A program made the position numbers and the translations under genes. The notes under the pieces are model-generated. The model was not told where the DNA came from. It was given only the letters and a program-made list of their open reading frames with translations, and made no database searches. A stretch of DNA of 42,127 bases from Candidatus Dormiibacterota bacterium (GTDB lineage Bacteria; Chloroflexota; Dormibacteria; Dormibacterales; Dormibacteraceae), in NCBI GenBank assembly GCA_035636935.1, contig DASPYE010000202.1:1-42127 (forward strand), written 5' to 3'. This document shows positions 8,890 through 16,396 of the stretch, one piece after another (positions within the stretch are counted from its first letter, which is position 1; each line of letters opens with the position of its first letter).

Positions 8890-9915
8890 GTGGACCCCTC
8901 TGAGCGGCTGACCAAGACCAAGTCGACGCCGCCACTCCCGGCCGATCCGGACCGGAGGGTCCTCATCACAGGTGGGGCCGGCTTCCTGGGCGTCAACACC
9001 GCGGTCCACCTGATCAAGGAGGGCTGGCACGTCAGCCTGCTCGACAACCTGAGCCGTCCGGGCACCGAACGCAACCTCAGGTGGCTAATCACCAAGTACC
9101 CGAACCGGATCACCTTCATTAAAGAGGACGTGAGGAATGCCGGTGCCCTGGCAGGGCACGTGAAGGACCAGGACGCCATCCTCCACCTGGCCGGGCAGGT
9201 CGCGGTCACGACGTCGCTGGTCGATCCCAGCACGGACTTCGACGTCAACGCGCGCGGCACCCTCAACATGCTCGAGGCGGTCCGCACGCACAACCACGAT
9301 GCGCCATTCGTCTTTGCATCGACGAACAAGGTCTACGGGAAGCTCGACCACAACAACGGCGCCTGTAAAGAGACGCAGCCGATCGATTTTCACAGCCCCT
9401 ATGGCTGCAGCAAGGGCGCCGCCGACCAGTACGTCCGCGACTACGCACGCTGCTTCGGCATGAACACCGTCGTGCTGCGCCAGAGCTGCATCTACGGCGC
9501 CCACCAATACGGCACCGAGGACCAGGGATGGGTAGCGCACTTCGTGCACTCGATCCTCAAGGACCGCGCGCTGACGATCTATGGCGACGGGACCCAGGTG
9601 CGCGACCTCCTCGACGCGCGCGATCTGAGCGCGCTCTACGCCACCGTGATCGACAAGATCGGTATCGCGCGCGGCGAGATCTACAACGTCGGTGGCGGGC
9701 CGGAGAACCAGCGCAACCTGCTGGAAGTCATCGACCAGATCGGCGGCCTCACGCACAAGAAGCCGCAATTCAGCTTCGCGGACTGGCGCGAGGGTGACCA
9801 GAAGTTCTACGTCAGCGACGTCGGCAAGGCGCGCCACGATCTCGGTTGGGCGCCGCAGGTCGAGTTCGAACGCGGCCTGCGCGACCTGATCTCCTGGGCG
9901 GAGTCGGCCCACTAG
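8890..9915 (+). CDS. CDP-paratose 2-epimerase-like extended SDR
   Basis: Motifs VLITGGAGFLGVN, DNLSRPGTERNLRWL, HLAGQVAVTTSLVDP, STNKVYG, DFHSPYGCSKGAADQYVRDYARCFG and EDQGWVAHF follow the Salmonella RfbE (CDP-paratose/tyvelose epimerase) sequence closely as I recall it. Confidence 0.75.
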   Translation: MDPSERLTKTKSTPPLPADPDRRVLITGGAGFLGVNTAVHLIKEGWHVSLLDNLSRPGTERNLRWLITKYPNRITFIKEDVRNAGALAGHVKDQDAILHLAGQVAVTTSLVDPSTDFDVNARGTLNMLEAVRTHNHDAPFVFASTNKVYGKLDHNNGACKETQPIDFHSPYGCSKGAADQYVRDYARCFGMNTVVLRQSCIYGAHQYGTEDQGWVAHFVHSILKDRALTIYGDGTQVRDLLDARDLSALYATVIDKIGIARGEIYNVGGGPENQRNLLEVIDQIGGLTHKKPQFSFADWREGDQKFYVSDVGKARHDLGWAPQVEFERGLRDLISWAESAH

Positions 9916-9918
9916 ACC

Positions 9919-11106
9919 GTGGTCGCGGCGGTCGGATCCCTCGCCGGTCGCCGGCGCCCACCGCTATGGCTTGCATCAGCCGCGACCGCGGCGGCCTGGG
10001 GCGCGCTCTACACCGTGGGCCGCTGGGTGTTCGGCTTTGCGACCTTCCCCATCCACGAGGACATCCGGATCAATTACGTCGCCGCCCAGGCGGGCCTCCA
10101 GTACGGGTGGTCGAAGATCTACGACTTCGCGACGCTGAGGCAGCTCTCCCTGGTGTTCCCGGCGGCCGATCGCAGCATCGACGCGACCGCCACTTACATC
10201 AGCCCTCCGCTGCTCGCGTGGCTGTTCGTGCCTCTCACCCTCGTGCCCGAGCCTGCCGCGTATCTCATCTGGACCCTGGGCGCGCTGGCCGCGCTCCTCT
10301 GGATGTGGCACGTCGCGGCGCCCTACAACGGCCTCGCCAAGCTCACCCTGCTTCTCGTCGCGCTCGCGCTGTGGCCCGTCATGCAGGTCTTCTACTACGG
10401 CCAGCCAGGCGTGGTCGTGGTTGCGGGCGTCGCCCTGGCTTGGTGGCTCGTTCGGAACGATCGCCCGATCGCCGCCGGGATCGCCCTGGCGTTTGCCACG
10501 ACGCTCAAGCCGCAGGTCGTGATCATGGTTCCGATGGCCCTTCTCGTCGCAGGCCACATCAAGCCTGTGCTCGGTTGGGCCGCCGCGGGTCTCGTCATGG
10601 CCGCGCTCAGCCTGGCGAGCCTTGGCGTCGACGGCATCGCGAGCTATTGGCAGGCGCTGAAACTCGTCGAAGCCGACACAGGCCACGCGTACTTCACGAT
10701 CGCCTTGGTTTTCGGGCTGGGCCCCCTGACCTACCTCCTGCTGGCGGTGCAGGGCATCGCGTGCCTTGCCGTCGCCCGAATTCGACGGCATGACCTGGAG
10801 ACTGTATTCGCGGTCGGGCTGCTGGGCTCGCTCATGGTCGCCTTCCACCTCCACCAGTGGGACTACACGAACCTCGTCTTGGCGGCCTGGCTCGTCTTGA
10901 GAAATTCGCCTCCGCTCTGGCACCGTATCTGGCTCGCGGCCGGCATCTTGACCATGCAGCTTCTGTCGCTCGGCGTGGCGGTGCCGCAGCTCCTATGGGA
11001 CGTGGTCTGGCTGGCCATGCTCGCGCTAGGCGCGGCGAGCGCCGGCTCAGTCCGAAACCCGAACCGTGTCGCTCCAGCCGCGACGCCGTCGAAAGCGTCG
11101 CCCTGA
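9919..11106 (+). CDS. Polytopic membrane glycosyltransferase, GT87/DUF2029-like (GT-C fold)
   Basis: There are about 10 TM segments. The first-loop motif HEDIRINYVAAQAGLQYGWSKIYD resembles the D...Y.aa.....G...YD signature of DUF2029/GT87 polyprenyl-phosphate-sugar transferases. GTG start lies 3 nt after the upstream stop. Confidence 0.5.
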   Translation: MVAAVGSLAGRRRPPLWLASAATAAAWGALYTVGRWVFGFATFPIHEDIRINYVAAQAGLQYGWSKIYDFATLRQLSLVFPAADRSIDATATYISPPLLAWLFVPLTLVPEPAAYLIWTLGALAALLWMWHVAAPYNGLAKLTLLLVALALWPVMQVFYYGQPGVVVVAGVALAWWLVRNDRPIAAGIALAFATTLKPQVVIMVPMALLVAGHIKPVLGWAAAGLVMAALSLASLGVDGIASYWQALKLVEADTGHAYFTIALVFGLGPLTYLLLAVQGIACLAVARIRRHDLETVFAVGLLGSLMVAFHLHQWDYTNLVLAAWLVLRNSPPLWHRIWLAAGILTMQLLSLGVAVPQLLWDVVWLAMLALGAASAGSVRNPNRVAPAATPSKASP

Positions 11107-13698
11107 GGCCGCGACCCAATACAGGAGAAGCCCGGCCAGCGCCAGTAGCGAGATACCATCGCCAGTCCACTCCAGCGCGGTTCGCGTGAAGCTGAGCTTC
11201 AGAACCGTCCGCTGGCTGAACCCGTTGAGCGGGATGTACATGAAGTCGGGGCCGGCGCGATAGATCTCGACATCGTGTCCATCGACCGTCGCCCGCCAGT
11301 TGGCCACCCAGTTCTCCTTGAAAAGGGCCCCCTTCACGGGACCCTCGAGGCGGATCGACCGTTCCTGCGGATTCACGAAGCTCGCCTTGTACTCCGCCGG
11401 CGCACCGCCCGCCGGCGCGGCCCAGGCGATGGCCTGAGCCAGAAGCCGAGATTCCAGCGCGTTGCGCGTGCTCGATGCGTGGTAGGGCAGGTTCATCCCG
11501 CTCCACACGACTCGGCCCCGGCCGAGGGTCCCCGCGACGAGCACCGGGTAGCCGTGGCTCAGCAGTACCGGAACGGCCCACGGCGCCATGGAGCTCTCGG
11601 GGATGTAGGAGATGCCCCAGGGCCCTCCGGCGTAAATGGCCGCCGAGAACCCAGTCAGGTCGACGCCGGCGGCGATGGGACCCGATCCTCGCTCCAGGTC
11701 CCAGTCGGGCCCGATTTCCGTCCTCCTGATCTCTGCGCCGGGGATCGGCGGCGCGGCCGCCCCGGCCTGTTCCAGGTCTGAACCGCTCGCTTCGATGAAG
11801 GCGCTGCCGCCGCGCTCGACGTACTGATCGAGCAGGCCCAGCGCCCTGGCGCGATCGTGGACGCGGTACTGATAGAGGATCACCTCGTCGAATCGACTGA
11901 GCTCGGCGATGGAGTGGTCGTCCAGGTACTCGCCACCCCGCACCGGAATCAACGAACGGCTGTCGAAATCAGAGAGCGCGATGGCCCTCAGGACCAGGCT
12001 GTACGCCGCATCGCCGCCGATCACAAGCGCTGTGCGGGTATCGCCTGCCGAGAGGACGGGCGTCGCGGCCGAGTATTCGAACGTCCGCGCGAAGTCGGGC
12101 GAGCCGGTGGAGAGCGGCCTGTAGAGATCCGGCCTCGCCTCGAAACGGCGCACGACGTCAGGGTCGGGTCCACCGTACAGCGACCTCACCGCGTACCAGT
12201 CGAGCAGGAAGTTCGCCTCCGCGTAGTTGGAGTCGGCGCTCCAGACCGCGTGCTCGAGCCAGTACTGCCAGTCGGCGCGAAGGACGCCCTGTTGCTGATA
12301 TCCGCGCGTCTGGGGCACATCGGCACGACTGTCAATCCAGTCCGAGCCGCCATCCCAGCTCACCCCGACGCGATAGTCACGCTCGGCCGGGTCGAGAACG
12401 AGCGCGTCCTGCACCGCCCGCTTCGCCAGGTTGTCTCCGCTGAACGTGCCGCGGGCCGGCTGTGGGGCGGTGACCGCGATCACGGCGAGCAAGGCCACCA
12501 GCAGGATGGCTGAGATCTCCGGACGGATTGCGCTCCGACTTAGGGCCAGGCCAGAGAGCGCGGCGAGAAACCAGGCAGCAAAAAACGGTGCCTGTCCGGG
12601 CTGGATGGCGTAGATGAATACGTGCGGCGCCGGGAATCCGACGAACGTGTAAACCAACGCGGCCGCGCCGGCCACAGCCGCCACGATCGTCACCCGGTCC
12701 ATGAGCGCGGATGCGCTGGTACGCGGCTGACGAAGGGCAAGGATCGTCGCGATGACCGCGAGCGGAATTAGAAATACCGGCAGCGATTCGGTGCCAGGCG
12801 GAAACAGGTCGCCTGGGGAGAGAGGCGAGTACTCGCGAGTGAAGGTCGGTAGAGGTGCCGGCGCTTGCCTGGAAAGCGCGTAAGGGAGGTAGAAGTACAC
12901 CACGAGCAATCCCGCCGGCACCAACACCTTCACCGCCTCGACCAACCTTTGCCCGAGGGAGACCGGCTGCACGGCCACGAGCAGGATCGCCAAAGCGATG
13001 CCGACGGCCCCCAGCAGCAGGTGGCTGCTCAGCGTTGCCGCGAGTGACAGCACTGTGGCGACCAGGAGGGCGGTCGACCTGCGGGTGAAATAGAGCACGG
13101 CGAAAAACGCGAAGAGGCTCAGAAAGGCCATGCCCAGGATGCGCGGGTAGAGACCGGTCTCCACTATGTACGCCCAGTACGCGCTGGAGGCCACGAGCAT
13201 GAACGCTGCGACCAGGCCGGCGACACGGCCTCCGCCGGCGACGCGGACGAATCCATACAGCCCGCAACCAATCACGACGAAGCTCGCGGCGGCGATGGCA
13301 ATGAGCGCGCCGCCAGACGAAAAGCCGAACCAACCCACCAGCACGGCGCCGAAGTAGTGGAAGAGAGGTGGAAACGAAGCCTCGGAGAAATACTGCCCTG
13401 AGTACCACTCGTAGTTCCAGTCGGCGTTGGGAAAGTAGTCGACGAGGAACTTGATCTTCGACATGTGGCCGAAGGCGTCGTATCCCTTGGGGAAGCCCGT
13501 AAAGGCGCCGTTCGCGAACCCGACGCCGAGCGTCACGATGGCGACCGCCGCCACCGAAGCGGCGTCGGCGAACCAGGGAGGAACTCGCCTCAGGCGGTTG
13601 CGGCCTCGGCTGCGCTTTGCTCGTGCTCCCTGGCCACGTCGAGCACGACGCGCTCCATCGTGTCGATGTGCCTCTCCCAATCGAAGCGTCGCGCCCAC
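11047..13698 (-). CDS. Large GT-C-like integral membrane protein (PTPS_related/COG5617-like N-terminal domain) with ectodomain and C-terminal TM+Arg tail
   Basis: The N-terminal half has about 12 or more TM helices with a first-loop motif GYDAFGHMSKIKFLVDYFPNADWNYEWYSGQYF..FPPLFHYF. A roughly 430-aa soluble domain follows, and the protein ends ...GDGISLLALAGLLLYWVAASGRRFRRRRGWSDTVRVSD. The start is ambiguous: ATG 13698 overlaps the upstream gene by 109 nt, while in-frame CTG 13593 forms a CTGA overlap with the upstream stop. Confidence 0.7.
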   Translation of the reverse strand: MGATLRLGEAHRHDGARRARRGQGARAKRSRGRNRLRRVPPWFADAASVAAVAIVTLGVGFANGAFTGFPKGYDAFGHMSKIKFLVDYFPNADWNYEWYSGQYFSEASFPPLFHYFGAVLVGWFGFSSGGALIAIAAASFVVIGCGLYGFVRVAGGGRVAGLVAAFMLVASSAYWAYIVETGLYPRILGMAFLSLFAFFAVLYFTRRSTALLVATVLSLAATLSSHLLLGAVGIALAILLVAVQPVSLGQRLVEAVKVLVPAGLLVVYFYLPYALSRQAPAPLPTFTREYSPLSPGDLFPPGTESLPVFLIPLAVIATILALRQPRTSASALMDRVTIVAAVAGAAALVYTFVGFPAPHVFIYAIQPGQAPFFAAWFLAALSGLALSRSAIRPEISAILLVALLAVIAVTAPQPARGTFSGDNLAKRAVQDALVLDPAERDYRVGVSWDGGSDWIDSRADVPQTRGYQQQGVLRADWQYWLEHAVWSADSNYAEANFLLDWYAVRSLYGGPDPDVVRRFEARPDLYRPLSTGSPDFARTFEYSAATPVLSAGDTRTALVIGGDAAYSLVLRAIALSDFDSRSLIPVRGGEYLDDHSIAELSRFDEVILYQYRVHDRARALGLLDQYVERGGSAFIEASGSDLEQAGAAAPPIPGAEIRRTEIGPDWDLERGSGPIAAGVDLTGFSAAIYAGGPWGISYIPESSMAPWAVPVLLSHGYPVLVAGTLGRGRVVWSGMNLPYHASSTRNALESRLLAQAIAWAAPAGGAPAEYKASFVNPQERSIRLEGPVKGALFKENWVANWRATVDGHDVEIYRAGPDFMYIPLNGFSQRTVLKLSFTRTALEWTGDGISLLALAGLLLYWVAASGRRFRRRRGWSDTVRVSD

Positions 13699-15818
13699 TC
13701 CGAGGCGCGCTCGCCGGCGACCTGGTTCTCAGCCCGGCTGTCGAGCAGCGCGACGATGCCCGCCGCGTAATCCTCGACGTCAAGCGGCTCGGCCAGGTGT
13801 CCTGTTCCCGGCCCCACCGTTACGGTTGGACCGGCCTGGTTCCACGCCACCACAGGGACACCCTTCGCCATCGATTCGATGACGCCCATGCCGAAGTCCT
13901 CCTCCGGGGCGGGATAGACATAGACCGCGGCGCCCTCGTACAGCGACTGCAGCTCCTCCTCGCTGATCGGCCCCAGGAACAGCACCGAATCTTCAAGCCC
14001 GAGATCGCTCACGAGCTCCCTCAGCGAGGCGGTGTGCGATGTCGGCGGCCCCGGGATCACAAGCTGCGCGCGCGGATGGCGCTTGCGCACCTCGGCGAAC
14101 GCCTTGATCGCCAGGTCGAAGCGCTTCTGCGGATAGTGACGGTTGGTGAGAAGCACATAGGGCCTGCGGATCGGATAGCCGTTGATCGTCATGCCGCCGG
14201 AGAACCGCGCCTCGATCGGCAGCGGGAAGCCCGACGCGGCGACGTGACATCCCGCGGGGCAGTCGATCGCGTCGCGCTTGTAGGTGCGGCGGATGATGTC
14301 GCCGATGTAGTCGCCGTTGACCAGCAGCTGATTTGCCTCCTGGATCGACCGGCGGTCGGCCCATGCGACAAAGCGCGTCGCGCGCATGACGATCGCGGCG
14401 AGCAGGCGGTAATCGGCGTTGGAGACCCAGCCCGTCTGGCGGTCGATGTTGCGCGGGTAGACGAGTCGGTTGGGCTGGTTCAGGTAGACGACATACGGCA
14501 CATCCATCAGGCGCGCCGCCCACCATGCGATCCACGCGCTCGGCTGGTTGCAGCCGACGATGGCGTCGACTCCGCGGAACCGCCACGCGTAGAGGGGCAT
14601 CAGGAGCGAGGTCGCGGCCATCTGCACCGCCTCGCGGAACGGGAACCAGCGTGGCAGCTGGGGCAGGAACGTCTTCACCCTGACGTCGCCGATGAGATCC
14701 GGATAACAGCGAGACGAGTCGACCGTGGGCGCGTAGCACTCGACGTCGTAGCCGCGCCTGCGCAGACCAAGTACCTCTTCGATGACAATCCGCTCGCCGC
14801 CGCCTGAGTACGTGAAGCCGCAGTGAAAAACCGCGATCTGGCGCGTGCCTTTCTTGCGCACGTCCCGCCTTCCGCCGACGAGGAAGAAGCTCATCACGCC
14901 GAGCGTCAGCGCGTAGGCCGCGGTGAGGGCGTGGTAAAGGACGATCGCGCCGGCGGCGACGCCCCCGGCGAGTCCGAGTCCGCCGCCCAGGACCAGCGCC
15001 CCCGCCACCTCAAGGTTGCCCAGGTAGCCGGGACCTGCCGGCACCGCGAAACTGAGAAGCAAAGCGGGATAGGCGGCCATCGCCTTCAGCGGCGGGACCG
15101 AGATGCCGACCGCTACGAACAGCAGCGTGAAGTTGAACGCGTCGATCACCAGTGCCAGCACGGTTAGACCCGCCAGGCGCGCTGTCAGCTGAGGCGTCCA
15201 TAACCCCCGCGCTCCTGCGCGGAACGCGAAGGCCTGGCCGGCGATCGCCGTGGCGAAGGGCGCCGGAATGAGCCGCCGGGCGAGACTCGACCGAGCTATC
15301 CGGGGACCGGCGAGCGCAGTGCCGAGCACCGCCGCCAGCAGCGCGATCGCGAGGGCCGCCGCGCCGGCGAGACCACGCGGCGCGTCGACTGCTCCGCTCA
15401 ATGCCACCACCTCGAGACCCGCGAGGAACAGCGCCACGGCCGCGAGGTCGCACGCCTTGTCGATGACGATCGTCGCCAGGGCCGATCCGGCCGGGATTCG
15501 GTGCCTGCGCCACAGCCACCACGCCCTCGCGGCGTCGCCTGAGCGGATCGGCAGCACGTAGTTCAGCAATCCGCCCGCAGCGTTCATCGCGAAGGCTCGG
15601 ACCATGCCGACCGGGGCGAGTGGGCGCAGCAGAAGCAGCCAGCGTCGGGCGCGGATCAAGCTGGTCACGAGGAACAGCGCGACCATCAGCGCGACTGCCC
15701 ACCAGCTCTGGACTCGCGCGTGGGCGACGATCTCGGGCAGCGAGACGGTGCGCAGCCACAGCCACAAGAGCAGGAGTCCGAAGGCGGTCTGCAGGCCCAG
15801 ACGGATCCAGCGGTTCAT
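13590..15818 (-). CDS. Fusion protein: flippase-like (LPG-synthase-TM/UPF0104) membrane domain + family-1 fold (GT4-type) glycosyltransferase
   Basis: The N-terminal 330 aa or so is polytopic with LIRARRWLLLLRP and LNYVLPIRSGDAARAWWL, typical of the TIGR00374/PF03706 flippase-like domain. The C-terminal part reads IAVFHCGFTYSGGGERIV...EEDFGMGVIESMAKGVPVVA (GT-B EX7E motif). The start ATG overlaps the upstream stop (ATGA). Confidence 0.8.
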   Translation of the reverse strand: MNRWIRLGLQTAFGLLLLWLWLRTVSLPEIVAHARVQSWWAVALMVALFLVTSLIRARRWLLLLRPLAPVGMVRAFAMNAAGGLLNYVLPIRSGDAARAWWLWRRHRIPAGSALATIVIDKACDLAAVALFLAGLEVVALSGAVDAPRGLAGAAALAIALLAAVLGTALAGPRIARSSLARRLIPAPFATAIAGQAFAFRAGARGLWTPQLTARLAGLTVLALVIDAFNFTLLFVAVGISVPPLKAMAAYPALLLSFAVPAGPGYLGNLEVAGALVLGGGLGLAGGVAAGAIVLYHALTAAYALTLGVMSFFLVGGRRDVRKKGTRQIAVFHCGFTYSGGGERIVIEEVLGLRRRGYDVECYAPTVDSSRCYPDLIGDVRVKTFLPQLPRWFPFREAVQMAATSLLMPLYAWRFRGVDAIVGCNQPSAWIAWWAARLMDVPYVVYLNQPNRLVYPRNIDRQTGWVSNADYRLLAAIVMRATRFVAWADRRSIQEANQLLVNGDYIGDIIRRTYKRDAIDCPAGCHVAASGFPLPIEARFSGGMTINGYPIRRPYVLLTNRHYPQKRFDLAIKAFAEVRKRHPRAQLVIPGPPTSHTASLRELVSDLGLEDSVLFLGPISEEELQSLYEGAAVYVYPAPEEDFGMGVIESMAKGVPVVAWNQAGPTVTVGPGTGHLAEPLDVEDYAAGIVALLDSRAENQVAGERASEWARRFDWERHIDTMERVVLDVAREHEQSAAEAATA

Positions 15819-16396
15819 GCGGTGGCTTCGCCCTCATAGGGGACCGGGGCGAGGATCCAGCGCTGGGCGAAAGCCCAGAACGCGAACAGGAATCCGACGA
15901 ACAGGACGGTGCCGCCGTAATCGTGAAAGAAGACCGCGGGTCCAACACCGAACGTGGCCGCGATCCAAGCGACGAGTGCAACTCGCACGAGGTTGAGCAG
16001 CATCGTGCCGGCCACCCCGATCAGGACGACCTGCGCGCGCATCTCGAACCCATGACCACCGCGCAATCCCGAGATCAGGCTGACCCCGAAGAGGATGAGG
16101 CTCTGCCAGCCGATGCAGTTCCACGAGATGAAAAGCGTGTGCATCGAGCCCGCCCCGTCCCAGACGACCATGTGGCTTCCGGATGCGGCCGCGTGGACGC
16201 CCACGAGCCCCAGCATGCTCACGACCATGCGCGACTCGACCGGCACGATCGACTGCAGCGGGTTGTTCGCGCCGAGGCTCATCGCCCAGGCCGTCAGGAG
16301 GTCGTCGAACGTCGTGACCAGGGGCAGCACCATCAGCAGCGCGCAACTCAGCGCGATCAGCGTGAGGTTGACGTTGTCGCGCTCCCGCGTCCTCAT
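15815..16396 (-). CDS. Exosortase/archaeosortase-family protein, small (193 aa, XrtG-like size)
   Basis: The protein is polytopic (about 5-6 TM). In order it carries HTLFISWNCIGWQSLILF (Cys), GTMLLNLVRVALVAW (N..R) and AVFFHDYGGTVLF (His), which is the Cys/Arg/His signature of the EpsH/Xrt/Art family. I set the start at ATG 16396, which overlaps the GT2 stop (ATGA). The track ORF extension to 16687 lies inside the GT2 gene. Confidence 0.75.
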   Translation of the reverse strand: MRTRERDNVNLTLIALSCALLMVLPLVTTFDDLLTAWAMSLGANNPLQSIVPVESRMVVSMLGLVGVHAAASGSHMVVWDGAGSMHTLFISWNCIGWQSLILFGVSLISGLRGGHGFEMRAQVVLIGVAGTMLLNLVRVALVAWIAATFGVGPAVFFHDYGGTVLFVGFLFAFWAFAQRWILAPVPYEGEATA

